Shown here: positions 63,832 through 64,000 of the stretch, one piece after another
Position numbering within the stretch: position 1 is the stretch's first letter
How the letters are laid out: every line of letters starts with the position of its first letter
Origin: Candidatus Methylomirabilia bacterium
GTDB lineage: Bacteria; Methylomirabilota; Methylomirabilia; Rokubacteriales; CSP1-6
Reading direction: 5' to 3'
NCBI GenBank assembly: GCA_041496385.1
Contig: JBGQEL010000012.1
Span: forward strand, 11,409 to 75,408
Length of the DNA: 64,000 nt
Notes under the pieces: model-generated
Told to the model about the DNA's origin: nothing
The model's input: the letters and a program-made list of their open reading frames with translations, nothing else
Databases searched by the model: none
Made by a program: the position numbers and the translations under genes

Positions 63832-64000
63832 ATGACGATCCAGCGAACGCTCGCCATCATCAAGCCCGACGCCGTCGCCAAGGGCGTCGTCGGCCAGATC
63901 CTCACGCGCCTCGAGAACGCGGGCTTCAGGGTCCTGGCGGTGAAGATGCTGCAGATGACGCTCGACCAGGCGCGCGGGTTCTACATCGTCCACAAGGATC
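63832..64000 (+). CDS. ndk: nucleoside diphosphate kinase, N-terminal fragment (runs off window)
   Basis: [56 protein letters not shown] matches the Ndk N-terminus (ERT.SIIKPDAV...G.YAEH). Confidence 0.8.
   Translation, partial: MTIQRTLAIIKPDAVAKGVVGQILTRLENAGFRVLAVKMLQMTLDQARGFYIVHKD

Overview
High-GC (~70%) bacterial chromosomal window with almost wall-to-wall coding, no rRNA/tRNA/CRISPR/IS elements recognised, and four functional blocks. (1) ~5.6-26.6 kb: a hopanoid (hpn) supercluster on both strands. Minus strand: shc-mlaE-mlaF-mlaD-hpnM, then a TPP decarboxylase, myo-inositol-1-phosphate synthase, hpnN and a GT28 glycosyltransferase. Plus strand: DUF422-like membrane protein, hpnH, a small ORF, hpnG, hpnA, a squalene-synthase-family gene, two Zn-ADHs, a PagL-like protein and ispH. 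Plus-strand hpnJ is 8-nt-overlapped with a cytoplasmic Mo-bisPGD oxidoreductase. Almost every junction is a 4-nt ATGA/GTGA start-stop overlap. (2) ~31.5-45 kb: a sulfur-oxidation island comprising a persulfide dioxygenase-rhodanese fusion, YeeE/YedE, FccAB, TauE/SafE, a Soe-like Mo enzyme with fused FeS-NrfD subunit, SoxY, SoxZ, a SoxXA-like trihaem fusion and SoxB. No soxCD is present in the window. (3) ~45-51 kb: LysR regulator, an unannotated 54-aa zinc-ribbon ORF, an ICL/PEPM-family lyase, a selenocysteine (UxxC) redoxin whose in-frame TGA is followed by a SECIS-like hairpin, an amidohydrolase, YfbR and an M20 peptidase with an apparent frameshift. (4) ~51.8-64 kb: a co-directional TCA array (acn, icd, mdh, fumAB, sdhCAB, sucCD, ndk). 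Most notable: the non-canonical hopanoid-cluster members (complete Mla-like transporter coupled to shc, MIPS/TPP-decarboxylase/GT28 module, tandem ADHs, PagL-like OMP), the candidate selenoprotein, and two independent CTGA junctions (soxB, sucD) where the downstream gene has no canonical start and appears to initiate at CTG.
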